DNA from: an uncultured virus (IMG/VR IMGVR_UViG_3300029305_011606)
Lineage: Duplodnaviria > Heunggongvirae > Uroviricota > Caudoviricetes
DNA: 35,236 bases
IMG/VR virus record: IMGVR_UViG_3300029305_011606
Reading direction: 5' to 3' (one strand)
In this document: piece by piece, positions 18,146 to 26,586 of the stretch
Layout: every line of letters starts with the position of its first letter
Position numbering within the stretch: position 1 is the first letter of the stretch
Translations under genes and position numbers: made by a program
The notes under the pieces: generated by a model
What the model was told of the DNA's origin: nothing
Databases searched by the model: none
What the model saw: only the letters and a program-made list of their open reading frames with translations

Positions 18146-19237
18146 ATGATGCTTGCGCAAGAACAATGTATCGTAGTGCTGGGAGGCTCTTTTAACCCAC
18201 CTACGATTGCACATCTTCGCCTGATGGAAGCAGCTATGGAAGCTGTTGGCGCTGAAAAGGGCATCTTTGTTCCTGTAGGTGAAGCGTACCTGAAACGAAA
18301 GATGCGCAAATCTGAGGATCATATTCGACTGAGTGAACAGATGCGAATGGACATGCTTCAGGCCATGTGCGAAGGTCGACCTGAACTGCTGATCAGTGAT
18401 TTGGAGATTCAGAATCAACTGATCTATACCCGGCAGACTATGGGGTTGCTTCAGGAGGATTATCCGTCCGCGAAGCTCTACTTTATCGCAGGCGCGGATA
18501 AGCTTCCGATGCTGAGAAGTATGGCTTCAGGAAATGACTTTTTTAAACATTTTCGCATCGTGCTGTTTACGCGGGAGGGATTGGATTCGGAAGAGCTTGT
18601 TCGTCAAGATGAAAAACTGTCCCCCTTTGCATCCTCCTTTATTCACGCAAAACAACCGGAAGGCATGGATGGGATCAGCTCCACTGCCGTTCGGAAACTG
18701 ATTGCAAATCGGGAAACGGAGATGGCGTATCCTTATCTGCATGAGGATGTCTGGAAAATGATTCGTCACCTGACGCCTGATGATTTTCCGCCAGAGATCG
18801 AAAGATTCCAAGGGGAATACGAATTTCTTTCCAACAGCTACCCCTCACCCATTTTCTTTGATGGTTTGTCCTTCTCCTGTGCAGAGGCAGCTTTTCAGGC
18901 CGCGAAGTGTGAACTTCTCAGCGACAAAAAGCGCATTGCCCAAGGTGATGGCAGCCGGGCGAAGAGCATCGCGGCAAGGATCGAGCCGAAGCCGGGCTGG
19001 GAGGATGAAAAGCTCGACATCATGGAGGCGGTGCTGCGGGCGAAATTCACTCAGGCGTCTGAACTCGCCAAGAAGCTGATATCCACCGGCAATGCGCTCC
19101 TGATATATGGCAACAACAAAAAGGACTATTATTGGGGTAAGGATATGTACACCAACCGGGGTGAAAACCGTCTGGGACAGCTTCTGATGAAGCTGCGGTC
19201 AGAATTACAGGGTGAAACGGAGCGTGATATGCAATGA
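18146..19237 (+). CDS. NadD-like nicotinate/nicotinamide-nucleotide adenylyltransferase fused to NADAR
   Basis: NadD-like: GGSFNPPTIAH, YFIAGADK, ISSTAVR. C-terminal NADAR: FLSNSY, AEAAFQAAK, DYYWG, GENRLG.LLM. Confidence 0.9.
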   Translation: MMLAQEQCIVVLGGSFNPPTIAHLRLMEAAMEAVGAEKGIFVPVGEAYLKRKMRKSEDHIRLSEQMRMDMLQAMCEGRPELLISDLEIQNQLIYTRQTMGLLQEDYPSAKLYFIAGADKLPMLRSMASGNDFFKHFRIVLFTREGLDSEELVRQDEKLSPFASSFIHAKQPEGMDGISSTAVRKLIANRETEMAYPYLHEDVWKMIRHLTPDDFPPEIERFQGEYEFLSNSYPSPIFFDGLSFSCAEAAFQAAKCELLSDKKRIAQGDGSRAKSIAARIEPKPGWEDEKLDIMEAVLRAKFTQASELAKKLISTGNALLIYGNNKKDYYWGKDMYTNRGENRLGQLLMKLRSELQGETERDMQ

Positions 19238-19785
19238 AGCACAAGCTTGAAGAATTGATCCGACGCGTGGATCAGGGAGAAGAACTGAGCTTTGTCCTTT
19301 TCTGGGGCCACACCGAGAATCCTGGAAAGGTTACAAAAGCCTGTCTGAGCCAATGGTATCCGTGCCGTTTCGTCATTGACGATATTGAGTATTGCTGTAC
19401 GGAGCAGTACATGATGGCGCAGAAAGCTCTCCTGTTTGATGACAAGAAAACCTACGAGAAGATCATGGCATCCGAACATCCCAAGGAGATCAAAGCCCTA
19501 GGACGAGAGATCAGGAACTTTGAACAAAGCAAGTGGGACGAGCATAAATATCAGATCGTCCTGAACGGTAATATTGCAAAGTTCTCTCAGAACGAACGCC
19601 TCAGAGACTTCCTGCTGGGAACAGGTTTTGCCGTACTTGCAGAAGCAAGCCCCTACGACCGCATCTGGGGCATCCGCTTGTCGGCAGACGATCCGTTGGC
19701 AAAAGACCCGAAATGCTGGCAGGGCGAAAACCTTCTGGGCTTTGTGCTGATGGAAACGAGAGACATTTTGAGAAGACACGATTAG
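19234..19785 (+). CDS. Stand-alone NADAR family protein
   Basis: LFWGH, CLSQWY, EQYMMAQKA.LF.D, K.LGR, AEASPYDRIWG, GENLLG..LM. ATGA overlap with the upstream gene. Confidence 0.94.
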   Translation: MKHKLEELIRRVDQGEELSFVLFWGHTENPGKVTKACLSQWYPCRFVIDDIEYCCTEQYMMAQKALLFDDKKTYEKIMASEHPKEIKALGREIRNFEQSKWDEHKYQIVLNGNIAKFSQNERLRDFLLGTGFAVLAEASPYDRIWGIRLSADDPLAKDPKCWQGENLLGFVLMETRDILRRHD

Positions 19786-19793
19786 AGGTGACA

Positions 19794-21242
19794 ATGATGC
19801 AGAGAAAGGCTGCAACAGCCAGCGACTGGAAGACAACGCCCATGCCGGAAACGCATACGGAGTTTACTTTCCATCGCAGCTTTACGCAGGAGCAGATGGA
19901 GCTGCTCCGATATGGAAACATCCCCCAGGCTATGGAGGATAAGTGGTTCTGGTATTATGAGGATGACAAGCTATACATCCACCGAAGCTGGACGGGCTTT
20001 TGTATTTTCGTCGTAAGTTTCACACCGGGCAGCGATGAACTGCATGCACTGGTCAATCGAGATCCGGAGCAGTATCGCAGCACGGACGTGAATCAGGACG
20101 AGTATGAGCTGAATCGGCTTCTGACCTGGTGGACGCAGTCTGATTATGATCCGTACAATCAGTTCCTGGCAGATACCTATCGCGCGCTGCTTCCGCTGAT
20201 GCAAAAGGATCAAAAGCCGACCATTCAAGAGAAGAAGCAGGGCTGTCTGTATGGTGGTGCGGCAGGTGACGCGCTGGGATATCCGGTCGAGTTCATGAGC
20301 TTGGACGAAATTCAAGCAAAGTATGGGCCTGATGGAATCCAGTATTATGAACTGAAGGACGGAAAGGCGCGCATTTCGGATGATACGCAGATGCTGTTGT
20401 TCACGCTGGAGGGTATCTGCCTGTGGCAGGACAAGCTTAGGAAGGGGCATGACGGCACAAAGCTGAAGAATTGTCTATTTGACGCATATCGAGACTGGTT
20501 TTATACTCAGGTGAACGATGACCCACGCAAGGAGCGGCATAAGCCATGTACCCAGCTATATCTGATTCATGGCATGCATCGCAGCATGGCTCCCGGACTC
20601 ACCTGTATCCGCGCCCTGCGCAATAAGTGGCCGGGCAGTATTGAGAGCCCTCGTAATGATAGCAAGGGCAATGGCGGCGTAATGCGTGTTGCGCCCATCG
20701 GTTTCTATTTCCCTCGGAATATCTATTCGATGGAAGATGTCATGCAGATGGGCGCAGAGAGTGCGGCGCTCACGCACGGCCATCCGCTGGGTTACATCAG
20801 CGCAGCCATGATGGCGGCCCTTGTCAATGAATGTGTCTACGGCACGTCTGAAACGCTCAAGGATGCGGTGTTGCTGTCGCTGGATGCCACGTCGAAGATG
20901 TTTGTGCATATCCCGGAAGTACACGAGTTGCACACACTCGTTACTGCCGCTATGGAACTGGCCCAGGATAATGGTGATGCTGTTGCCCATATCGCCATGC
21001 TTGGTCACAGCGCATGTGCTGAATCCACCATGGCTATCGCGATCTACTGCGCACTCCGATATGAAGATAGTTTCGATCAGGCGATCCGGACGGCAGTCAA
21101 TTTCAATGGCGACAGTGATACCGTCGCTGCCGTGACCGGCAACATCCTGGGCGCATGGAAGGGCATCAAGTGCATCGACCAGAGATGGATCGAGCCGCTG
21201 CATCTGGATGAATATCTGAAGGTTCTGGAAGTTTATTCCTAA
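19794..21242 (+). CDS. ADP-ribosylglycohydrolase (ARH/DraG family) with an uncharacterised N-terminal domain
   Basis: G.A.GDALG.PVEF, SDDTQM, GNGGVMR.AP, LTHGHP and GDSDT.AA.TG. GAGGTG RBS (start 19794 or 19797). Confidence 0.92.
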   Translation: MMQRKAATASDWKTTPMPETHTEFTFHRSFTQEQMELLRYGNIPQAMEDKWFWYYEDDKLYIHRSWTGFCIFVVSFTPGSDELHALVNRDPEQYRSTDVNQDEYELNRLLTWWTQSDYDPYNQFLADTYRALLPLMQKDQKPTIQEKKQGCLYGGAAGDALGYPVEFMSLDEIQAKYGPDGIQYYELKDGKARISDDTQMLLFTLEGICLWQDKLRKGHDGTKLKNCLFDAYRDWFYTQVNDDPRKERHKPCTQLYLIHGMHRSMAPGLTCIRALRNKWPGSIESPRNDSKGNGGVMRVAPIGFYFPRNIYSMEDVMQMGAESAALTHGHPLGYISAAMMAALVNECVYGTSETLKDAVLLSLDATSKMFVHIPEVHELHTLVTAAMELAQDNGDAVAHIAMLGHSACAESTMAIAIYCALRYEDSFDQAIRTAVNFNGDSDTVAAVTGNILGAWKGIKCIDQRWIEPLHLDEYLKVLEVYS

Positions 21243-21269
21243 GAGCATCGAAATAACTGCGATATTCAA

Positions 21270-21300
21270 GACCTCTTGCCGGAGAACCCGGCAAGAGGTC
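21270..21300. repeat. Perfect 13-bp inverted repeat directly 5' of the tRNA-like gene
   Basis: GACCTCTTGCCGG-agaac-CCGGCAAGAGGTC, with no T-tract on either strand. Confidence 0.85.
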
Positions 21301-21304
21301 ATAT

Positions 21305-21381
21305 GGGGAGGAACGCGATGCGGTACGTCGCCCCCGTCTTATAAGCGGGCCTTCAGGGTTCGACTCCCTGTCTCCCTACCA
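21305..21381 (+). tRNA. Non-canonical tRNA-Ile(UAU) or tRNA-like RNA with encoded CCA
   Basis: Acceptor stem GGGGAGG/TCTCCCT followed by A-CCA; D arm GCGA(TG)...(CG)TCGC; anticodon arm CCCGT-CT[TAT]AA-GCGGG; 4-nt variable loop; T arm CAGGG-TTCGACT-CCCTG. Confidence 0.82.
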
Positions 21382-21418
21382 TTTTAAATATATACGATCA
21401 ATACAGGAGGAAGCCATC

Positions 21419-22039
21419 ATGAGCAATGGAAAGACCTTTGATCACGAGAAGATGTACACCTATATCAGGGGCTATGCCTCCGGAGCAAAGATGGATCAGG
21501 CCCTTCGCGCACTGTCCTTTGCGCGTGCTAAGCATGAAGGACAGAAGAGAAAGAGCGGCGAGCCCTATATCACGCATCCTCTGACAATGGCCTGCAATGC
21601 GCTGAGCATGGGGATTCGGGACGATGCGGTCATTGCAACGATCCTTCTGCACGATGTCTGTGAGGACTGTGGTGTCGCTATTGCCGAACTGCCAGTCAAT
21701 GCCGAGGTTAAGCGCAGCGTCGAACTGATGACTTTCTCTGTCATGGATGGAGAGACGAAGGACATGGCCAAGGTCAGATACTATAATATGATGCTTGAAA
21801 GCCGTCCGGCTACGTTGTGCAAGCTGATTGACCGATGCCATAATGTGTCGAGCATGGCGGGGACTTTCTCAAAGGAAAAGCTGATCGCCTATACTGAGGA
21901 GACGCGCAGATTTGTGCTTCCTCTGCTGAAAAAGGCGAAGGTCGCCTACCCTAACGACGCTGACATATTGTTTGTGCTGAAGTATCACATTTGCAGTGTA
22001 GTGGATTCCATTGAAGCAACCATGATGGCCTACGAATGA
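21419..22039 (+). CDS. RelA/SpoT-type HD hydrolase, stand-alone (small alarmone hydrolase/Mesh1-like)
   Basis: [26 protein letters not shown] and [17 protein letters not shown]. Confidence 0.88.
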   Translation: MSNGKTFDHEKMYTYIRGYASGAKMDQALRALSFARAKHEGQKRKSGEPYITHPLTMACNALSMGIRDDAVIATILLHDVCEDCGVAIAELPVNAEVKRSVELMTFSVMDGETKDMAKVRYYNMMLESRPATLCKLIDRCHNVSSMAGTFSKEKLIAYTEETRRFVLPLLKKAKVAYPNDADILFVLKYHICSVVDSIEATMMAYE

Positions 22040-22051
22040 GGAGGATGCAAA

Positions 22052-22372
22052 ATGATCGACTATGAGAAGCTGGTTCGTTTTGAAGGAGACTCACTCATCC
22101 CTGTTATGAAACTGCTATCTGACAATCCCAATGCATCGATTGGAGAAATACAGCATGCGCTTAACCTCGGATACGCGCGTGTAGGAAGAATCAAGGAATT
22201 GCTGAGTGAGGTCGGAATTTATGCCAAGCCTCCAAGGAAATATAAAATGATTCTCGGTGAAGATGGCAAACGTCATAGACAGTACCTTCCGTTGGAAGTA
22301 CTTATATCGCAGGAAGAATTCAAGGAATGTATCAGGATGTTGGAGCGCCGGAAGACAGAAGAAAAACTGTAA
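22052..22372 (+). CDS. Small protein resembling a stand-alone FtsK/SpoIIIE gamma winged-helix domain
   Basis: ASIGEIQHALNLGYARVGRIKELLSEVGI...EVLISQEEF resembles the gamma-domain pattern AS.S.LQR...IGY.RA.R....LE..G....EVL. GAGGAGG RBS. Confidence 0.62.
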   Translation: MIDYEKLVRFEGDSLIPVMKLLSDNPNASIGEIQHALNLGYARVGRIKELLSEVGIYAKPPRKYKMILGEDGKRHRQYLPLEVLISQEEFKECIRMLERRKTEEKL

Positions 22373-22401
22373 TATAGAAAGCGACGAGGTGAAGCAATCA
22401 T

Positions 22402-23571
22402 ATGGAGCTGAAAGTAAATCTATACAATCCGTCTTGTGCAGATGGCAAGTATTATGTGACTGCGCGCGGATATATGGTTGCTTCTCTGTATTGGGCGGAT
22501 CAGGACGGCCCTCTGGCTGACTGGACCGCTCTCGCCCATCTTCCGCTAGATGTGTCAGGCCGGGCGAGCTTCTCTTATACGGGCGGCCGGGCAGTTCCGC
22601 CCGAGGCAACCCATGTTGCGGCGAAGTTGATTTCTGCTGATTTTCAGCGGCAAGAAACACTGCTTATTCCACTTCCCAAGGGATACTCAGTTCCAACCTT
22701 TGAAGCAGATACAACCTTTGCTGTTATGAGCGATCTGCATACAGCGGCGAAGCCGGGCAGAATCCGGCGCGCACTTGGCTATGCCGCTGAAGCTGATTGT
22801 GTTCTGCTGCCAGGTGATCTGACGAATGACGCAACACCGGAACAGTTTGGCTGTCTGTGGCAGCTGATCGAAGAAGTGATTCCTGACACGCCTCTGCTGA
22901 CGGTGTGCGGCAATCATGATTTCCCCATTAAGCCTCTTCCAATGGTTTGGCAGAACATCGATCACTACTACGCTTTTCAGGAAAAGATGCTGAACCGGGC
23001 CGTACAACTGGGTGTGTGCTGTACGGCGGATGAAAGCGGCGCGTACAGCGCGACGCATCGAGGAATAGAGATTCTTGGACTCAATGCTGTATCGCATTGG
23101 CGGAGGTTTACATTCCCAGAGGGCAAGCAGCTGGATTGGCTGAAGGCTCAGTTGAGTAAGAGCACGGACAGGCGAATCGTGCTGTGTCATGCGCCGCTGA
23201 TCAAGCACAATCCGCAGCGAAGCGAAGGTGAAGCAGCGTATCTCAGCCGGGACGCGCAGCTTCAGCAGATCATCGATGACGCAGGAAATGTGATCTTTCT
23301 GTCCGGGCATACGCATATTTCCCTGAATGAAACAGGCGGCTGTGTGGAGTATGACGCAGAGCGAGGCAATCTTTATCTGAACGATTCCAGTATCACGCCG
23401 ACCATGCCCTGCAAACAGGAGATTCTTGCTGATCGGGAATGGGCAGATGGCGCAGTATGCTATCTCTCGCTGAACAAATCAGAAATAGAGATCAAGGCCC
23501 GCTGTCTGTCGAACGGAAAGTGGATTGCACGAGGATATTACCGATATGGCGTATCCTCCACCAAATCATGA
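22402..23571 (+). CDS. Calcineurin-like metallophosphoesterase with an N-terminal extension
   Basis: SDLH, PGDL, GNHD, LCHAP and SGHTH motifs. Confidence 0.92.
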   Translation: MELKVNLYNPSCADGKYYVTARGYMVASLYWADQDGPLADWTALAHLPLDVSGRASFSYTGGRAVPPEATHVAAKLISADFQRQETLLIPLPKGYSVPTFEADTTFAVMSDLHTAAKPGRIRRALGYAAEADCVLLPGDLTNDATPEQFGCLWQLIEEVIPDTPLLTVCGNHDFPIKPLPMVWQNIDHYYAFQEKMLNRAVQLGVCCTADESGAYSATHRGIEILGLNAVSHWRRFTFPEGKQLDWLKAQLSKSTDRRIVLCHAPLIKHNPQRSEGEAAYLSRDAQLQQIIDDAGNVIFLSGHTHISLNETGGCVEYDAERGNLYLNDSSITPTMPCKQEILADREWADGAVCYLSLNKSEIEIKARCLSNGKWIARGYYRYGVSSTKS

Positions 23572-23590
23572 ACAACTGGAGATGAAATAG

Positions 23591-24310
23591 ATGGTTATGA
23601 CCGATTTACATATGCATGTTGTCCCACATGTGGATGACGGCTCAAAAGATATGGAAATGTCGCTGGAAATGCTGAAAATGGCCTATGCCCAAGGAGTCAG
23701 GAAGGTTCTTTGTACTTCACACAGCAGCTGGCGGCCGGAAGCAACTGTGAGGTACAGCAACAATTTTGAGAAACTCAAGGCTGAAGCGGAGACGGTTCTT
23801 CCTGAAATGCAGCTGTTCACAGGCTGTGAGGTATTGTTTGCCAAGCGCACCCTTCAGGACGTTCTGCGCAAGCTCGATGACGGGGAGTTTCTCACCCTGA
23901 ATGGCACGAATGCAGTGCTGACCGAGTTCCAGTCCTATGCGTCTGCGGATGAGGTAGAACAGGTCGCAAAGAAGCTGCTTTCAAGAAAATATGTGCCTGT
24001 GGTTGCACATGCTGAGCGCTGCGACGCATTCGAGGATGAGGGGTTCGTGAAGCGACTGGTTGAGGCTGGCTGTCTGCTTCAGGTCAATCTGTACAGTCTG
24101 GTTAAGGAACCGGACGAGCAACTCAAGGTGCGCGCCCACAGGATGGTGGATGCACACCAGGTATCCTTCGTAGGCTCGGATGCTCACGGTTCCGAACGCC
24201 GCGCGCCCGAAGTGAAAGATGGCATGGCGTATCTCTATGAGAACACCGATCAGGCATATGCGGATGCTGTGTGCTTTGGCAATGCCGAGAAGTTGCTGAA
24301 CCTTTGTTAA
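23591..24310 (+). CDS. CpsB/CapC-like PHP-family protein-tyrosine phosphatase
   Basis: DLHMHVVP.VDDG, CTSH, GCE, VAHAER, LQVN and GSDAH. Confidence 0.9.
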   Translation: MVMTDLHMHVVPHVDDGSKDMEMSLEMLKMAYAQGVRKVLCTSHSSWRPEATVRYSNNFEKLKAEAETVLPEMQLFTGCEVLFAKRTLQDVLRKLDDGEFLTLNGTNAVLTEFQSYASADEVEQVAKKLLSRKYVPVVAHAERCDAFEDEGFVKRLVEAGCLLQVNLYSLVKEPDEQLKVRAHRMVDAHQVSFVGSDAHGSERRAPEVKDGMAYLYENTDQAYADAVCFGNAEKLLNLC

Positions 24311-24341
24311 AATGAACCGGAACGGAGAGAGGATGGGATGT

Positions 24342-25757
24342 ATGAATTTCTTGAAGCTGTTTGAACGGTTTTCTCACGGAAAGCAGAATCAATCACAAGG
24401 TTCGAGTAAAACAGAACTCAGTACACCAGTTCAGCCCTCTCCTGTCAAACAGAGGTATCCAGAAGGGACGAGACTTTGCGACATGCTGAGTGATTTGATT
24501 TCTTTGGTTCAGGATGGACGGCTTGTGATTCCTGATGGGATGTCGGAGATCCCGAATAGACTGTTTGACGGCTTTGTCCACGGAAAAGAGAGCGGTGTCA
24601 ATCGACTGGTTTCGATTGTAGTCCCCGGAACCGTCAAAAGCATCGGTGAACGCGCCTTTGGAAACTGTAAAAATCTCGAAGAAGTCACTCTCTGCGAAGG
24701 GGTCGAGAGGATTGGATCAAATGCGTTCACGGGATGCGAGAAGCTCAAGCGGCTTCAACTTCCTGCCAGCGTCAAAGAAATCGATGGAAGGGCCTTTATT
24801 CACTGTGGCATCAACGAACCTGTATTCAGCGCAGATGGTAAAGTGCTCATCTGCTATCCGCCCGAATGGGAAAATGCAGAATACACTGTTCCGGAGGGCG
24901 TAGAAAAAATCGTATGGGGCGCATTCTGGGACGCAAAACATCTAAAAACGGTAACGCTTCCTCAAAGTTTGAAGCTGATTTGCAGCAGAGCCTTTATTGA
25001 ATGCGGTTTTACGGAGATCACAGTCCCTCAGAATGCAGAGATAGAGGATGACGCATTTTCCTTTTTCAATCGTGGCATTCGGATTATCCGTGAAAACAAA
25101 TTGAATGCTTTGGAAGAGAAAATGGAGTATTGCAGAGTCAATGGCATGTCTTTTTTAGGCCGCCAGCGAATGAAGCTTCCGCAAGCACAGTATTGGAAGG
25201 ATGAAGAATTCCAATTGCTCACGAAGCAATGTGCAGCGGGTGATGTAGGCGCAATGGAGCGAATGAGCGACTACTTCTTCGAAAAAGCCGCGCATGAAGA
25301 AGAAAGTGTCTTTTATCAATGCGCTGCACAGTTTTGGCGGACGAGGGCATACCGATACGGAAGCGAAGAGGCAAAAGAGTACCTGCTTGCATGGTGCGAA
25401 AACAATCCGAATGCGCGTATGGCTTCTCCCGGCCTTGATGAAAACCTAAGTGGTACGGCATACGGAGAACTTCTGAATGCGCTCGGTTTTCCGTTCTTCG
25501 AATCCGACAGAGAATACAGTCTGTCAGGCGTAGATAAGGATGGCGTTGTGGAAGTATCTTCTTGGGAAAGTGATGAAGGCCCGGATGAGGATGGCTATGG
25601 AAGAGAAGAATTCTACGACTGGTGGTATCTCAATGAATACCTAGTTCTTCCTGAAGGGGCTGGATATATTCACAGCTACTCACATCTTGACAAGCGATGC
25701 AATGAGAAGAAGTTTCTTTCCCTGCATGATCAGGTGGCGATAATGAACAAAATCTGA
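24342..25757 (+). CDS. BspA-type leucine-rich repeat protein with an uncharacterised C-terminal region
   Basis: Repeats such as VPGTVKSIGERAFGNCKNLEEVTL, GVERIGSNAFTGCEKLKRLQLP and SVKEIDGRAF. Start uncertain (24312, 24333 or 24342). Confidence 0.87.
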   Translation: MNFLKLFERFSHGKQNQSQGSSKTELSTPVQPSPVKQRYPEGTRLCDMLSDLISLVQDGRLVIPDGMSEIPNRLFDGFVHGKESGVNRLVSIVVPGTVKSIGERAFGNCKNLEEVTLCEGVERIGSNAFTGCEKLKRLQLPASVKEIDGRAFIHCGINEPVFSADGKVLICYPPEWENAEYTVPEGVEKIVWGAFWDAKHLKTVTLPQSLKLICSRAFIECGFTEITVPQNAEIEDDAFSFFNRGIRIIRENKLNALEEKMEYCRVNGMSFLGRQRMKLPQAQYWKDEEFQLLTKQCAAGDVGAMERMSDYFFEKAAHEEESVFYQCAAQFWRTRAYRYGSEEAKEYLLAWCENNPNARMASPGLDENLSGTAYGELLNALGFPFFESDREYSLSGVDKDGVVEVSSWESDEGPDEDGYGREEFYDWWYLNEYLVLPEGAGYIHSYSHLDKRCNEKKFLSLHDQVAIMNKI

Positions 25758-25798
25758 ACCAAACGAATCGGAATCTGTTTGATACAAAGGTGATGAAC

Positions 25799-26479
25799 AT
25801 GAAAGCAGAAATCCTGAGCGCTGCCTATGTTCGCGGCTATGCGGAACGAACTGGCACGCCTGAGATCCCGGAATCTATAAGAGAAAAGCAGCTTGATGAT
25901 CTTACGGACGAGGAATTGGTGCAGCTTTACGCTGTCGGTAAAAAGGCCGAGCTGAAGATGTACCGCTTTAAGAATCACGAAGATTTACCTCGTGTACATA
26001 AGGTGCTTGGTTTTTTGCGAAGCATCTGGCCGGAGAATCTGCTGGATGTAGGCAGCGGACGCGGTGTATTCCTGTTTCCGTTTCTTTGTGCATTCCCAGC
26101 CACGCCTGTCACATCCGTTGATCTGCTGGATTATCGTATGGAGTTTCTAAACGACATCCGGCGCGGCGGAATTGATCAGTTAACTGCTATGCAGATGGAC
26201 ATATGCAGCGGCACGCTTCCTGAGAAGTCATTTGATGTGGTCACGATGCTGGAGGTGCTGGAGCATATCCCGGATGTGCAGAAGGCTGTTTGCAGCGCAG
26301 TACGGCTGGCAAAACGTTATGTCGTGGTCACTGTGCCGTCCAAACCGGACAATAACCCGGAGCATATCCATCTGCTGACAAAGGATCGCCTGACTGAACT
26401 ATTCGCCAACGCTGGATGTACAAGGCTGCAATTTGACGCCGTTCCGGGACATCTGTTCATGGTAGCTACTATCAAATAA
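25799..26479 (+). CDS. Class I SAM-dependent methyltransferase
   Basis: LLDVGSGRG, TSVD and SFDVVTMLEVLEH. AAGGTGA RBS supports ATG 25799. Confidence 0.9.
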   Translation: MKAEILSAAYVRGYAERTGTPEIPESIREKQLDDLTDEELVQLYAVGKKAELKMYRFKNHEDLPRVHKVLGFLRSIWPENLLDVGSGRGVFLFPFLCAFPATPVTSVDLLDYRMEFLNDIRRGGIDQLTAMQMDICSGTLPEKSFDVVTMLEVLEHIPDVQKAVCSAVRLAKRYVVVTVPSKPDNNPEHIHLLTKDRLTELFANAGCTRLQFDAVPGHLFMVATIK

Positions 26480-26493
26480 AGATACGATTTAAT

Positions 26494-26538
26494 TGTCGCT
26501 TGCTGGGCGACCCAATTCAAAACAAAATATGCTATCAT
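26494..26538 (+). promoter_or_regulatory. Palindromic operator and extended -10 box upstream of the RNA ligase
   Basis: TGTCGC-ttgctgg-GCGACC (26494-26512), 20 nt, then TATCAT (26533-26538) preceded by TGc. Confidence 0.65.
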
Positions 26539-26586
26539 ATTGTTGGCGGAACTTATACCCTTTGAAAGAAAGATAGGTGAAACAGC

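Noticed and set aside
21246..21264. Degenerate third operator-like site CATCGA-N7-GCGATA
   Set aside because: Several mismatches and no -10 box 20 nt downstream. The TGTAAT-N7-GCGACG at 22368-22386 was rejected for the same reasons.
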